Below, one piece after another: positions 8,891 to 23,060 of a stretch of DNA of 64,000 nucleotides. The stretch spans positions 15,004,001-15,068,000 of the forward strand of contig NC_134480.1 of NCBI RefSeq assembly GCF_964194025.1, given 5' to 3'. Below the pieces are notes generated by a model. The model saw nothing but the letters and a program-made list of their open reading frames with translations. It had not been told where the DNA came from and did no database searches. Position 1 is the stretch's first letter. Every line of letters begins with the position of its first letter. The stretch comes from Convolutriloba macropyga. Its lineage: Eukaryota. The position numbers and the translations under genes were made by a program.

Positions 8891-11800
8891 ATTGCTCGCG
8901 AACGATGTTTGAGCTAATATCTTAAACGTGTCTTTTCACGACTTGTCCATTTGGCTCAATTTTTTGCCTTGTTATTCTAATTTTGTCTTTTATAGCTGTA
9001 AGCTGAGCGGAGCTATATTGCGGTACTCTTGGTTTTTTACAATTCAAAGAATGAATTGTATTGGGGGGCTTTTTTTAAGATCTGTTCACACATTTTCATG
9101 ATTTTTGAAGTCAAATTGGAGTAGTGATTTTGGTCACGCCGAAACAGGAAATGAAGCGAAAAAGCGAGCGGTTTTTGCTCTTATTTTTAAGTCGAGTGAA
9201 AAACGGTGTTTGAACAAAAGTTCGCTTTCTCGCTAATGGTTTTTTGTTCACATGCGGCAATTTCACTTTGGTTTTTACTGTTTTTCGAATTGTTTGGATC
9301 GGATTTTTTCTAAATAGTTTTCCCAAGTCATTCATAGTTCATTCTAGGCCTAGTTTTTTGTTAGAATCAAATTTTCATTTCTCGTTAGTGATTTTTTTTG
9401 TTCTCGCTAGCGTCTTTTTGACATTGATTTTCTGTTTGTATTTTGTTTTTTTTTATCTGATTTTTTTAGAAAAGGTTTTGCCAATTCACTCATAGTCCGT
9501 CCTAGGTCTAGTTTTTTGTTTATTCGATGCAAATTCTTTGAATTGTGCGTTAGGACTTGTCCTGCTATATTTTTTTGTTTCTTCGTCTGACGCTCTTTTT
9601 CGTTTTACATTTGTTAACACAGCAAAGCTGAAAAAGTCAAACTTTTTGTATAACTTCTTCCGCTCACTAACGGTATTTGCGCGCGTGACGTCTTTTCTCA
9701 GTATCTTTAGCAAAAGTTTTTTGCGTGATTAGATTTTGATCGTAAGTGGCTTACCTCACTCAATAAAATGACTTTTGCACTTTAAAACTTAAGTTTAATT
9801 TGAATTTGTTTAAGGTCAAAGGGACTCATGCGCAGTAAAGGCCCCTAATAAAAGGCTTCCGCGGGATGAATTTTAACAAGCTTTATGAATTTATCGCTGA
9901 ATGTTTTTTTACCTAGCTCTGAGCGGCGTCGATTTTTTTTTAATTTAGGTCTGCATCTTTTTCTATCTCTATTGTACGGCCCGCAGGTCTATTCTTTCGC
10001 AGCTATTCCGGCAATGTTCTTTTGTTTTCTAAATAAATTCTTTATTTTTCTAACTTTGAGAAGTTTGTTTTGTAAAAAGTGTAAAGGGCAACGCCACTTG
10101 GATAATTATTGCGTTGAATTCCTGTTATTGACATGAGTTGTTTTTGTTTCTATAAAATCTATACTTAAATTAATCCGATTTTGGCGGTTCATTTTTTAGT
10201 TTTTGTATTTTGGTTTGATTTACTAGAACATGAATTTTTCTGCACCGTCTGGGATCTCTAATTTGTGTTATTGATAATCAGGTATTTCTTGGGTTGAATG
10301 TTTGATGATTGGTGTCAAATAAGAATTGAAATGGCTAACTAAATATTTGTTTGGGCATTTTTGGCAAATATTTCTTTGGCTGATTGAGTTCTGTTTTTAC
10401 TGTTTTATTGTGACAGGAGGAGTTTTATGCCATTGTACTAAGCCTCCAATGCTAACTAATTTAATACAATTGTGTTTAATAGCCTCGAAGCAATAGAGGC
10501 TATTATTGGGGACATCGTGGTTTTTACAATTCAAAGAATTTGAATTGTATTGGTGTGCTGTCTTTTTAATATTTTTTCACTCTTTTTTCGACTTTTCCAC
10601 GTCTGTGAGAAGTCAAATTAATATGTTGATTTTGGTCGCACTGAAACAGTAAAGGGAGTGAAAAATTGAGTAAGTTTTTCAAAATACCTTTAAAGTGGAG
10701 TGAGAAAATGGTGTTTGGACAATTTGCGGTTTTTGAGACGGATTTTTCTTCAGGTGCGTCAATTTGACTTCTGTTTTCAGTGTTTCCTCTCCTTCAGTGC
10801 TTTTAGAACGTTAGATATGTGTTCCAATTGTGCATGTTTGCCTTTGCTCAAATGCTTTTAGGGGCAGCTAAAATTTTTTATGACTTTGCCACTATTTGTT
10901 GTCATAAAATTTTAGTGAAATTTAGATTTTGCCACCTTTTTAAAATTATCTGTTGTCTTTTCATTAGTATCATCAATGACATGTCTGATTTGTTGTTAAT
11001 GAGGCATAAAAGAACCTGAATAATGGCTTCAGTTAATAGCTAGTGGTTTTCCTGACTTTGACACTACTTTTTCTCAAAAATGTTGAGTGAGTTTTTGAGT
11101 TCTGCAAGTATATATTGTACTTTTTGATGTCTTATCATTTAATCTCACTATGGACAGGTCTCTGATGCTGCTAATAGGGTAAAGTATATCGATTTAATTG
11201 TTTTTCTTCAAAGCTAGTGCTTTCTATGACTTTGACCCTAACTGTTTTTGATAATATCGAATTTTTCGAGTTTTGCAAGTTTTTCTTTTTAACTGGTCTT
11301 GTTAACTTAGTCTCATTGTCGACAGTTCTCAATGGTTGCTAGAAAGGTTTCAATTTAAGCAAGTCATTTCAGTTCTTAGCTGTCACTTTTTGTGACATAT
11401 ACGCTTGCTCGTTCTTTAAAAATATTAATGATTTTTTAAGTTTTGCTAGTATTTGTTGTACTTATTGCTGTCTTATCACTTAATCTCATTGATGACAGTT
11501 CTCAACGGTGGTTATTGAGGACTCAATTAATTGATGTAATTGTATACTTCAGTAGCTGTTGCATTCTGTGACTTTTATACTAAGTGTTTTCAAAAAGTTT
11601 CAGCAAGTTTTATTGCGGTTTATGGTTATTTTTGTCTTATTAAACAGTGAAGGGAGCGAAAAATCGAGTAGGGGTGAGGCTTGAATTTTTTCAAAGTACC
11701 TTTAAATTGGCGTGAGAAGTTGGTTATTGATTAATTGGGCGGTTTTTTCAGATGGATTTTTTTTCAGTTTGTCAATTTGACTTCTGTTTTCAGAGTTCCT

Positions 11801-14800
11801 CTCCTTCAGTGCTTTTAAGACGGTACATATGTGTTCTAATTGTGCCTGTTTTCCTTTGCTCGAATGCATTAAGGGGCATCTAAAATTTTTAATGATATCC
11901 CACTATTTGTTGTCATAAAATTTTAGTGAATTTTAGATTTTGCCATCTTTTTAAAATTATCGGTTGTCTTATCACTAGTATTATCAATGACATGTCTTGA
12001 TTTGTTGCTAATGAGGCATAAAAGAACTTGTTTAATGGCTTCAGTTAATAGCTAGTGGTTTTCATGAATTCTGCGAGTATTTATTGTACTTTTTGATGTG
12101 TTATCATTTAATCTCACTGATGACAGTTCGCAACGGGGGTCCTTGAGGACTCAATTACTTGATGTGATTGTATCTTTCAGTAGCTGTTGTGTTCTGTGAC
12201 TTTTATACCAAGCGTGATCAAAAAGTATCGGCAATTTCACTTTGGTTTTTACTGTTTTTTGAATTGTTTGGATCGGATTTTTTTCTAAATAGTTTTCCCA
12301 AGTCATTCATAGTTCATTCTTGGCCTATTTTTTTGTTAGAATAAATTTTCTTTTCTCGCTAGTGATTTTTTTTGTTCTCGCTAGCGTCATTTTGACATTG
12401 ATTTTCTGGTTTTTAAAATTTTTATCTGATTTTTTTTAGAAAAGGTTTTTCCCAATTCACTCAGTCCGTCCTAGGTCTAGTTTTTTGTTTAGTCAATGAA
12501 AATTCTTTGAATTGTACGTTAAGATTTGTCCTGCTATATTTTTTCTTTCTTCGTCTGACGCTCTTTTTTGTTTTACATTTGTTCACACAGCAAAGCTGAA
12601 AAAGTCAAACTTTTTGTATAACTTCTTCCGCTCACTAACGGTATTTGCGCGCGTGACGTCTTTTCTCAGTATGTTTAGCAAAAGTGTTTTGCGTGATTAG
12701 ATTTTTATCGCAAGTGACTTACCTCACTCAATAAAATGACTTTTGCACTTTAAAACTTAAGTTTAATTTTAATTTGTTTGAGGTCAAAGGGACTCATGTG
12801 CAGTAAAGACCCCTAATAAAAGCCTTCTGCGGGATGAATTTTAACAAGCTTTATGAATTTTAACAAGCTTTATGAATTTATCTCTTTTAACAAGCTTTAT
12901 GAATTTAACAAGCTTTATGAATTTGTCTCTATAATTTTAACAAGCTTTTTGAATTTATCTCTAATTTTAACAAGCTTTATGAATTTAAGAACAAGCTTTA
13001 TAAATTTATGAATTTATCTCTTATGTTTTTTACCTAGCTCTTTGAGCGGCGTCGAATTTTTTAAAATTTAGATCTGCCTCTTTTTCTATCTCTATTGTAC
13101 GGCCCGCAGGTCTTTTCTTTCGCAGCTATTCCGGCAATATGCCGGCATTGTTTTTTTGTTTTCTAAATAAATTCTTTATTTTTCTAACTTTGAGCAGTCT
13201 GTTTTATAAAAGTGTATAGGGCAACGCCACTTGGATAATTCTTGCGTTGAATTCCTGTTATTGACATGAGTTGTTTTTGTTTCTATAAAATCTATACTTA
13301 AATTAATCCAATTTTGGCGGTTCATTGTTTAGTTTTTGTTGTATTTTGGTTTGATTTACTCGAACACGAATTTCTCTGCACCGTCTGGGATCTCTAATTT
13401 GTGTTATTGATAATTCAGGTATTTCTTGGGTTGAATGTTTGATGATTGGTGTCAAATAAGAATTGAAATGGCTAACTAAATATTTGTTTGGGCATTTTTG
13501 GCAAATATTTCTTTGGCTGATTGAGTTCTGTTTTTACTGTTTTATTGTGACAGGAGGAGTTTTATGCCATTGTACAAAGCCTCCAATGCTAAATAATTTG
13601 ATACAATTGTGTTTAATAGCCTCGAAGCAATAGAGGCTATTATTGGGGACATGTGGTTTTTACAATGCAAAGAATTTGAATTGTATAGATGTGCTGTCTT
13701 TTCAAGATCATTTCACGCTTTTTTCGATTTTTTCACGTCCATGAGAAGTCAAATTAATGTGTTGATTTTGGTCGAACTGAAACAGTAAAGGGAGAAAAAA
13801 TATTGAGTAGATTTTTCCAAATACCTTTAAAGTGGAGTGAGAAAATGGTGTTTGAACAATTTGCGGTTTTTGAGACGGATTTTTCTTCAAGTGCGTCAAT
13901 TTGACTTCTGTTTTCAGTGTTTCCTTTCCTTCAGTGCTTTTAAGACGTTAGATATGTGTTCTAATTGTGGATGTTTGCCTTTGCTCGAATGCATATAGGG
14001 GCATCTAAAATTTTTTATGACTGCCACTATTTTTTGTCATAAAATATTAGTGAATTTAAGATTTTGCCATCTTTTTAAAAATTATCTGTTGTCTTATCAC
14101 TAGTATCTTCAATGACATGTCTGATTTGTTGCTAATGAGGCATAAAAGAACTTGTTTAATGGCTTCAGTTAATAGCTAGTGGTTTTCATGACTTTGACAC
14201 TACTTTTTCTCAAAAATATTGTGAGTTTTTGAGTTCTGCAAGTATATTTTGTACTTTTTGATGTCTTGTCATTTAATCTCATTATGGACAGGTCTCTGAT
14301 GCTGCTAATTGGGTTAAGTTATCGATTTAATTGTTTTTGTTTAAAGCTTGTGCTTTCTATGACTTTGACCCTAACTGTTTTTGATAATATCGAATTTTTC
14401 GAGTTTTGCAAGTTTTCTTTTCAACTGGTCTTCTTAACTTAGTTTCATTATCAACGCTTCTCAATGGTTGCTAGAAAGGTTTCAATTTAAGCAAGTCATT
14501 TCAGTTCTTAGCTGTCACTTTTTGTGACTTATACGCTTGTTCATTCTTTAAAAATCTCAATGATTTTTTTAGTTTTGCTAGTATTTGTTGTACTTATTGC
14601 TGTCTTATTACTTAATCTCATTGATGACAGTTCTCAGTGGTGGTTATTGAGGTCTCAATTAATTGATGTAATTGTATCCTTCAGTAGCTGTTGCGTTCTG
14701 TGATTTTTTTATGCTAAGTGTTCTCAAAAAGTTTCAGCGAGTTTTATTGCGGTTTATGGTTATTTTTGTCTTATGAAACAGTAAAGGGAGCAAAAAATCG

Positions 14801-17800
14801 AGTAGGTTTGAGGCTTAAATTTTTTTCAAAGTACCAAATTGGTGTGAGAAATTGGTTATTGATTAATTTGGCGGTTTTTTGAGAAAGATTTTTCAGGTTC
14901 GTCAATTTGACTTCTGTTTTCAGAGTTCCTCTCCTTCAGTGCTTTTAAGACGGTAAATATGTGTTCTAATTGTGACTGTTTGCCTTTGCTCGAATGCATA
15001 TAGGGGCATCTAAAATTTGTTATGACTTTGCCCCTATTTTTTGTCATAAAATATTAGTGAATTTAAGATTTTGCCACCGTTTTAAAATTATCTGTTGTCT
15101 TAGATTTTGATTAGATTTCTGATTACATTTTGATCGCAAGTGACTTACCTCACTCAATAAAATGACTTTTGCACTTTAAAACTTAAGTTTAATTTTAATT
15201 TGTTTGAGGTCAAAGGGACTCATGTGCAGTAAAGACCCCTAATAAAAGCCTTCTGCGGGATGAATTTTAACAAGCTTTATGAATTTATCTCTGAATGTTT
15301 TTTACCTAGCTCTTTGAGCGGCGTCGATTTTTTTTTTAAAATTTCGATCTGCCTCTTTTTCTATCTCTATTGTACGGCCCGCAGGTCTATTCTTTCGCAG
15401 CTATTCCGGCAATATGCCGGCATTGTTTTTTTGTTTTCTAAATAAATTCTTTTTTTTTCTAACTTTGAGCAGTCTGTTTTATCAAAAGTGTATAGGGCAA
15501 CGCCACCTGGATAATTCTTGCGTTGAATTCCTGTTATTGACATGAGTTGTTTTTGTTTCTATAAAATCTATACTTAAATTAATCCGATTTTGGCGGTTCA
15601 TTGTTTAGTTTTTGTTGTATTTTGGTTTGATTTACTCGAACACGAATTTCTCTGCACCGTCTGGGATCTCTAATTTGTGTTATTGATAATTCAGGTATTT
15701 CTTGGGTTGAATGTTTGATGATTGGTGTCAAATAAGAATTGAAATGGCTAACTAAATATTTGTTTGGGCATTTTTAGCAAATATTTCTTTGGCTGATTGA
15801 GTTCTGCAAGTATATATTGTACTTTTTGATGTCTTATCATTTAATCTCATTATGGACAGGTCTCTGATGCTGCTAATAGGGTTAAGTTTATCGATTTAAT
15901 TGTTTTTGTTCAAAGCTAGTGCTTTCTATGACTTTGACCCTTACTGTTTTTGATAATATCGAATTTTTCGAGTTTTGCAAGTTTTCTTTTCAACTGGTCT
16001 TCTTAACTTAGTTTCATTATCGACGGTTCTCAATGGTTGCTAGAAAGGTTTCAATTTAAGCAAGTCATTTCAGTTCTTAGCTGTCACTTTTTGTGACTTA
16101 TACGCTTGTTCGTTCTTTAAAAATCTCAATGTTTTTTTTTAGTTTTGCTAGTATTTGTTGTACTTATTGCTGTCTTATCGCTTAATCTCATTGATGACAG
16201 TTCTCAGCGGTGGTTATTGAGGTCTCAATTAATTGATGTAATTGTATCCTTCAGTAGCTGTTGCGTTCAGTGACTTTTATACTAAGTGTTCTCAAAAAGT
16301 TTCAGCGAGTTTTGTTGCGGTTTATGGTTATTTTTGTCTCATGAAACAGTAAAGGGAGCAAAAAATCGAGTAGGTTTCAGGCCTGAATTTTTTCAAAGTA
16401 CCTTTAAATTGGTGTGAGAAATTGGTTATTGATTAATTTGGCGGTTTTTTGTGATGAATTTTTTTTCAGGTTCGTCAATTTGACTTCTGTTTTCAGAGTT
16501 CCTCTCCTTCAGTGCTTTTAAGACGGTAAATATGTGTTCTAATTGTGACTGTTTGCCTTTGCTCGAATGCATATAGGGGCATCTAAATTTTGTTATGACT
16601 TTGCCACTATTTTTTGTCATAAATTATTAGTGAATTTAAGATTTTGCCACCCTTTTATAATTATCTGTTGTCTTAGATTTTGATTAGATTTCTGATTAGA
16701 TTTTGATCGCAAGTGAGTTACCTCACTCAATAAAATGACTTTTGCACTTTAAAACTTAAGTTTAATTTTAATTTGTTTGAGGTCAAAGGGACTCATGTGC
16801 AGTAAAGACCCGTAATAAAAGGCTTCTGCGGGATGAATTTTAACAAGCATTATGAATTTATCGCTGAATGTTTTTTACCTAGCTCTTTGAGCGGCGTCGA
16901 TTTTTTTTAAATTTAGATCTGCCTCTTTTTCTATCTCTATTGTACGGCCCGCAGGTCTATTCTTTCGCAGCTATTCCGGCAATATGCCGGCATTGTTTTT
17001 TTGTTTTCTAAAATTCTTTATTTTTCTAACTTTGAGCAGTCTGTTTTATAAAAAGTGTATAGAGCAACGCCACTTGGATAATTCTTGCGTTGAATTCCTG
17101 TTATTGATATGAGTTGTTTTTGTTTCTATAGAATCTATACTTAAATTAATCCGATTTTGGCGGTTCCTTGTTTAGTTTTTGTTGTGTTTTGGTTTGATTT
17201 TCTCGAACACGAATTTCTCTGCACCGTCTGGGATCTCTAATTTGTGTTATTGATAATTCAGGTATTTCTTGGGTTGAATGTTTGATGATTGGTGTCAAAT
17301 AAGAATTGAAATGGCTAACTAAATATTTGTTTGGGCGTTTTTGGCAAATATTTTTTTGGCTGATTGAGTTCTACAAATATATATTAAACTTTTTGATGTC
17401 TTATCAAGACATCAAAAAGTTTACTTATCAAGTTTACTTTTCAACTGGTCTTCTTAACTCAGTTTCATTATCGACGGTTCTCAATGGTTGCTAGAAAGGT
17501 TTCAATTTAAGCAAGTCATTTCAGTTCTTAGCTGTCACTTTTTGTGACTTATACGCTTGTTCGTTCTTTAAAAATCTCAATGATTTTTTTAGTTTTGCTA
17601 GTATTTGTTGTACTTATTGCTGTCTTGTCACTTAATCTCATTGATGACAGTTCTCAGCGGTTGTTATTGAGGTCTCAATTAATTGATGTAATTGTATCCT
17701 TCAGTAGCTGTTGCGTTCTGTGATTTTTTTTGTGCTAAGTGTTCTCAAAATTTCAGCGAGTTTTATTGCGGTTTATGGTTATTTTTTTCTTATGAAACAG

Positions 17801-20045
17801 TAAAGGGAGCAAAAAATCGAGTAGGTTTGAGGCTTGAATTTTTTCAAAAAACCTTTAAATTGGTGTGAGAAATCGGTTATTGATTAATTTGGCGGTTTTT
17901 TGAAATGGATTTTTTTTCAGGTTCGTCAATTTGACTTCTGTTTTCAGAGTTCCTCTCCTTCAGTGCTTTTGAGACGGTAAATATGTGTTCTAATTGTGAC
18001 TGTTTGCCTTTGCTCGAATGCATATAGGGGCATCTAAATTTTGTTATGACTTTGCCACTATTTTTTGTCATAAAATATTAGTGAATTTAAGATTTTGCCA
18101 CCTTTTTAAAATTATCTGTTGTCTTATCACTGGTATCATCAATGACATGTCTGATTTGTTGCTAATGAGGCATAAAAGAACTTGTTTAATGGCTTCAGTT
18201 AATAGCTAGTGGTTTTCATGACTTTGACTCTGATTTCTCAAAAATGTTGAGTGATTTTTTGAATTCTGCGAGTTTTTATTGTACTTTTTGATGTCTTATC
18301 CTTTGATGACAGTTCTCATTGATGACAGTTCGCAACGGTGGCCCTTGAGGACTCAATTACTTGATGTGATTGTATCTTTCAGCAGCTGTTGCGTTCTGTG
18401 ACTTTTATACCAAGCGTGATCAAAAAGTATCAGCGAGTTTTATTGCGATTTATGGTTATTTTTGACTTATGATTTATTATTATTAGTGAGAAGACTCATC
18501 GAAATTTAATGACAGGTTGCTAATGAAAAATAAGGGAATATAGTGGTCATTTTGAGTTCATAGCAGCTTTTCTCATGTTGTTCCTGTCTTTTCAAAAAAT
18601 AAAAGTTGAATATTTAATCTTGCTTGTTTTTGTTCTTGTGTTCTTTTATTGCTGTCTCATTACTAACAGCTCTCGTTTGCCTTTTTGGCGCGGATTGAAT
18701 GATTGTCAAGTTAGAAATAATATAATTCCTTGAATTGTATTTCAGGACTTTTCCTGCTGCGTTTTTTAATTCGTCGTCTTCATCGATGATTCTTACGACC
18801 TGACTTCTTGGAATTGACTTTTTCAATGACTTCTGCTTTGTAGTTGAAATTTGTGCACGTGACGTCATTTGTAATGCTTGACTTACTTCTCAAAAAATTG
18901 GGTTCTGAAATTACTTAATCAACTTTAAATTTTACGAACATTTACTAGTTAAAGATCAGCACTGCGTCCAAGTAGCACCAAGTAGATGCCCTAATTCTTG
19001 AGTATATGGGTCTGTTCAATCTCTCTATCTTATTTCTTTAGTTGTTTCAATTCATGGAAAGCCACAAGCATCTATCGCGGTATTTTCCGGCAATCTGCCT
19101 ACTATGTTTCTACTTTATTTTTATTTGAATTTTAACATTCAAATTTATGAAGATGGTTTTTTTTGTACAAAATCCTCAACCTCCTCATTTTAGGATTTGG
19201 CCTTTCCTCGCAAATATCTATGCTGAGCTTATGCCTGTCTTTGTTCCTGCAGTAAGTTGCTAAAACAATTAAAGATTTAACCTTTTTTCTAAAATTTTTT
19301 CTAAATTTTCTTCTATATTCACTTGATTTGGTTTAAAATTTTAAAAAGTTTTTTTTTAAGCTTAACAGTTCATGTCCATCTTGAAAGTTCTGGCATATTT
19401 TAAAAGTTCTTTGTTACCAGATATGTTTCTAAAAATATTATTTTGGCAGTTTCAAGATTTTTAAGTGAGTTTTCTTTTCTTTTTGTTTTATGTTTAAATA
19501 TTTTGTATGCTTTATGAATGACGTTTAATTTTTTGGTTGCTTCAATGATTTCAATGCTGAAATTTTGGGTTGACCATTTCCTTAAATTTTTCTGCAAAAT
19601 ATTTTCTTTGACTCTGATGAGGCAAAGAATTATAGTTTTCAGACAAAAAATTATGGTTTCTGCGACAATTAGGGTTGCTCTTCGAGTTGCCCACGGAATT
19701 CTTCCCGCTGTTTTTTCTGCAAAATTTTTACTCTACCGTCTTGTTCTAGAACATTCTTTTTTTCGCGCTTGATTTCTTGATATTTGCGTGACCCAAATTG
19801 CTCCTATTTAGAAATGATGTGTATCAACAGCAAAACAAAATCGATTGTAAGATAAGCTCACACTATAGGTTGTTAGTCTAGTATAGAGTTTTCAATTCTT
19901 CTGTCAAGACAGCGTCGTGGGTTCGAGCCCATCTTTATCGTCTTTTTTTTTGCACCCATAAAAATTACCTATACTACAGCGCCCTCTGAATATATTTGCC
20001 CTGCTTGTCGTTCGCGTGCAATTTTTCCGACGATAGTTGGTTTGT
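8891..20045 (+). mobile_element. Outer Helentron-like non-autonomous element (family B) with nested/amplified family A elements, filling RNF123 intron 1
   Basis: 5' subTIR gctcgcgaacga (8894-8905) pairs with 3' tcgttcgcgtgc (20008-20019), followed by hairpin ccgacgatagttgg (20027-20040) and T-rich end. Confidence 0.6.
8991..19100 (+). repeat. Patchwork tandem array of family A HINE-like segments (periods ~1.6, 2.3 and 3.1 kb)
   Basis: The 3' motif tcgcagctattccggcaat(atgccgg) recurs at ~9997, 13120, 15395 and 16965. The 5' motif aatagcctcg...gaggctatt recurs at ~10478 and ~13615. Recurring spurious ORFs in the track (9538/12512; 14856/16426/17877) mark repeat copies. Confidence 0.85.
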
Positions 20046-20066
20046 TTCATCTTGTTGCCTTTTTAG

Positions 20067-21127
20067 GACCCTCCAACCTTGCAATTGCAGCAGGCTTCAC
20101 AGCTAGTGAAATACCTCGAAAGACTTCTAACAGCAAACACATGCACAACACCACAGCCTCAAAACTCAGGCGACTTTGACCCGTCAAAAATGGGCGTTAG
20201 CCCAAGTGTAAGGATTATCGTTGCCAGTCAAATTTTGGACAAACTAGCACCTTTTTTCTACAGTGTGTATCTTACGGAAGCTGTATTGCTGAAACTTTTG
20301 CTCAAATTTTGCAATACAAGTAGACACACTGGCGCGCAACCGTTTGTGGATAAGATATTGCAGCTCATGTGGACTTGCCTGGAAGAGGATGACATGCGTG
20401 CTTGTATGAGGAATCTTTTCTCTGTGGTTCTGACGTCATACCGATTCTCACAAATAACAGTAGATTTGAAGAACCAGCATACCTATCTGGTATTGCTGCT
20501 GTCACTACTGCGCCATGTGCCGACCAGGCACCTTGCTTTAGACTGTGTGCTCTGGGACATTGTCCAGTTCCCGTTATTCATGCACATCAAACCCCCAGAT
20601 GACCCTGTTCTGGAGCAACTGATTCCGGATGTCTGGTGGGACAAAAATGACAAAGCTTGCAAGGAACAGAGGTACAGTCAGGACTTTGCCTCTGTTGGGC
20701 CGGAATTTGCCCCTTCAGATGACTCGATGTCGGGTGACGGAGAAGATAAACGTGATAAACAGACTTACCTAAAACATTGCGCAGCTTTGAAGGTAAAAGT
20801 TGGAGAGATCGAAGAAATACAGATTGAGATCTTGAAGCTTCTAATGGACAATACGGATTCGATTGGATCAAGATCCGGGAAATCTTCCAGAGCAGTGTTT
20901 GTACAAAAACTACGAGATTTTCTCTACTCGTGCCAGAAAGGACAGAAATTTGCCCCATCGCCTTGCCCGCTTCCTGTGTCACTGTGTTTCATGCATAGAT
21001 TGGTGAAAGCATTGCGATATTACTGGGACTTAAATGCGAAGAATAACTCTGCGTATATTAGATCAAACGATGCTTATGTGCCAATATGGGTCTTTACTGC
21101 AAAGAAAAACGGCAAAGATAGTCCAAG
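20067..21127 (+). CDS. RNF123: RNF123 coding exon 2
   Basis: Acceptor ttttag|GAC CCT CCA; open frame (LFMHIKPPDD..L...IPDVWW); donor ag|gtattt, phase 2. Confidence 0.88.
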
Positions 21128-21417
21128 GTATTTTTTTCAAAATATTCATGCAACGTTTCTTATATTGCATTTTTTAAAAATGTCAAATGTTGAGCGATCG
21201 CAAGCTCAGTGATCTCAAAAATTACATATACATGCATGAGTACGTTGAGTTGTTGCCATCCTGCGACAGATCTTAGGTTTGATTTTGGCAAAGATTTTTT
21301 GGAATTACATGGTACCTGGAAAGTAACTGTTAAAGTTTGTGAACATTTGAGCTTGTTATAAATTAGTTTGGTTTGTAGTTCTGAGGCATTGAAGTATGAT
21401 ACGCTTTGTATGTTCAG

Positions 21418-21989
21418 CGATTCGTCTGAGTCATCAAAAAGCCCTGGCCAACAAAACATAACCGAGAGATTGGGCGGAGTTTATGCGCACGTGAAGAAAA
21501 CTGTACAAGTTGACGAGTCTCTCCTCCTCAGTGAAAGCCAACCTTCAGAACAGTATCTGCTTGAAATCCTTGACTGTGCAATAATGCTATACCAATTAGC
21601 TTCGCATAAGCAGTTGCTGAAGATGTCAGAGTTAAGAGAGAACTTCAGAGAAATGTCGTGCGCTTTGAACGAGACCTGCTACAAGTTGACCCTCTGTGAA
21701 TCGGAGAAAAGTGAGCCTGAAGTTAAAGAGGAGTTGTTGAACTCTAAGCAGGTTTTAAAGAAGAAAGTAGTGGAGAATTCACGGCAGCTTTCCTGGCTGA
21801 TTGCGGTAGTGTTTTCGAAGGAGAAACAAGAGGATGTTCATTGGCTGCTGAGGTGTTCGCTGGCAACAATGAGAAAGGCTATTGCCCATGGCAACGCTTA
21901 TTCCTTCATACCTGAGTATTACATTGATGTGGTGTTGGATGCTTACAAAGCCCTCACGCGGTTCTTCGCTTTCGTCACACCCTTCGAAG
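21418..21989 (+). CDS. RNF123: RNF123 coding exon 3
   Basis: Acceptor ttcag|c, phase 2; ERLGGV, FIPEYY motifs; donor g|gtatac, phase 1. Confidence 0.85.
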
Positions 21990-22347
21990 GTATACTGTGT
22001 CTATTAATGGCTTTCAAATCAAACAAAGTTTGCTGCAATTATTTTGATCCTATTGCGCATCATAATTGAAATCTTTGACTTGGTCAATTTTTCATGTGAC
22101 GCATTTGAGTTTTCGAGTGAATTTGTACGCTTGACATCGTGATTTCTGTGATTTAAATTACTCTCATTTGCAATTTCAAGTAGCGTCAATGAGTCAAATG
22201 AAAAGTGGCTCGAAAAAGGGCTTGCTCTAATAAGACCATCTTTTGGCCTAACAATGAAGCTATTGCTTCCAAACCCCACGCCCGAGCTCTGACACGCTAC
22301 AATTGGCCCCTCCCCCACTTCGTCCTACCATAGCCGGTTATGTTTAG

Positions 22348-22573
22348 GGTCGCAGGGTTACATTTCGACTCTGAACGAGATGGCCTTCTTCCTCGCACAC
22401 AATTTCTCAGAGGCAGGAGGTTCTTTCATCGTCAACAGTGACGTCAGAGATAACATCATTCAGTCACTTGCATGTTTTGTATGCTACCCTGAGTCGCTTA
22501 AAAGTCTCGAACAGATGTCACTTCAAATGCGCAAGTCTATGATAAGGACCCTGTTGTCACCGTACGAATCCAG
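22348..22573 (+). CDS. RNF123: RNF123 coding exon 4
   Basis: Acceptor tttag|gg, phase 1; IVNSDVRDNIIQSLACFVCYP...LLSPYESR; donor ag|gtctgt, phase 2. Confidence 0.85.
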
Positions 22574-23060
22574 GTCTGTATAATTTGAGAGGAAAGTCTG
22601 TTACATGGAATACAACCCTGTTTATGCTCATAAATTTTTAATTTGTGTTAATAATATTTGCCAAAAATATTCGTTTTTGGTGTAAAAATGTTTTTGAGAG
22701 ATCTTTGTTAAGATTATCAGAAATTTGTGGTGCAAAACAGGCAATCGCGTGCTAATGACGCTATCAGAGCATTATGTGATGGTCATTGATGCTTCAACTT
22801 CCTTGCTCTGGTCTGCTCACAGTTCGCGACAAAAACTTTTATACTGCCAAAGGAGCTCACTTTATTAATTTGTAAAATAGCACCCAGGCCCTACTTACGT
22901 GACTGGTTGGAGCAGCAAATTGCGTTGAATAAGGCCTTAAAATTCTTAATGCTGTCGTAGATTGTTCAAAACTTTAATATGTCCTGATTTTACAGCTTTT
23001 TGAAGTGAACTCCAACTTGCACAATTTAAGTTAATCTTTTGTTAGGTTTTTGCAGTCGAA

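Larger units (their letters stand above)
1..9051 (+). repeat. Tandem segmental duplication: unit 1 = (upstream of window)-2517, unit 2 = 2518-9051 (unit 2 holds the full PLE)
   Basis: 1-1203 matches 2613-3823, and 1167-2517 matches ~7694-9051. Only a few SNPs/indels and G-run length differences. The copies diverge after caaagaa (2517/9051). Confidence 0.9.

Noticed and set aside
9111-19772. Many short F/L/K-rich ORFs
   Set aside because: Low-complexity frames recurring with the repeat units; no Rep/helicase or other domain motifs.
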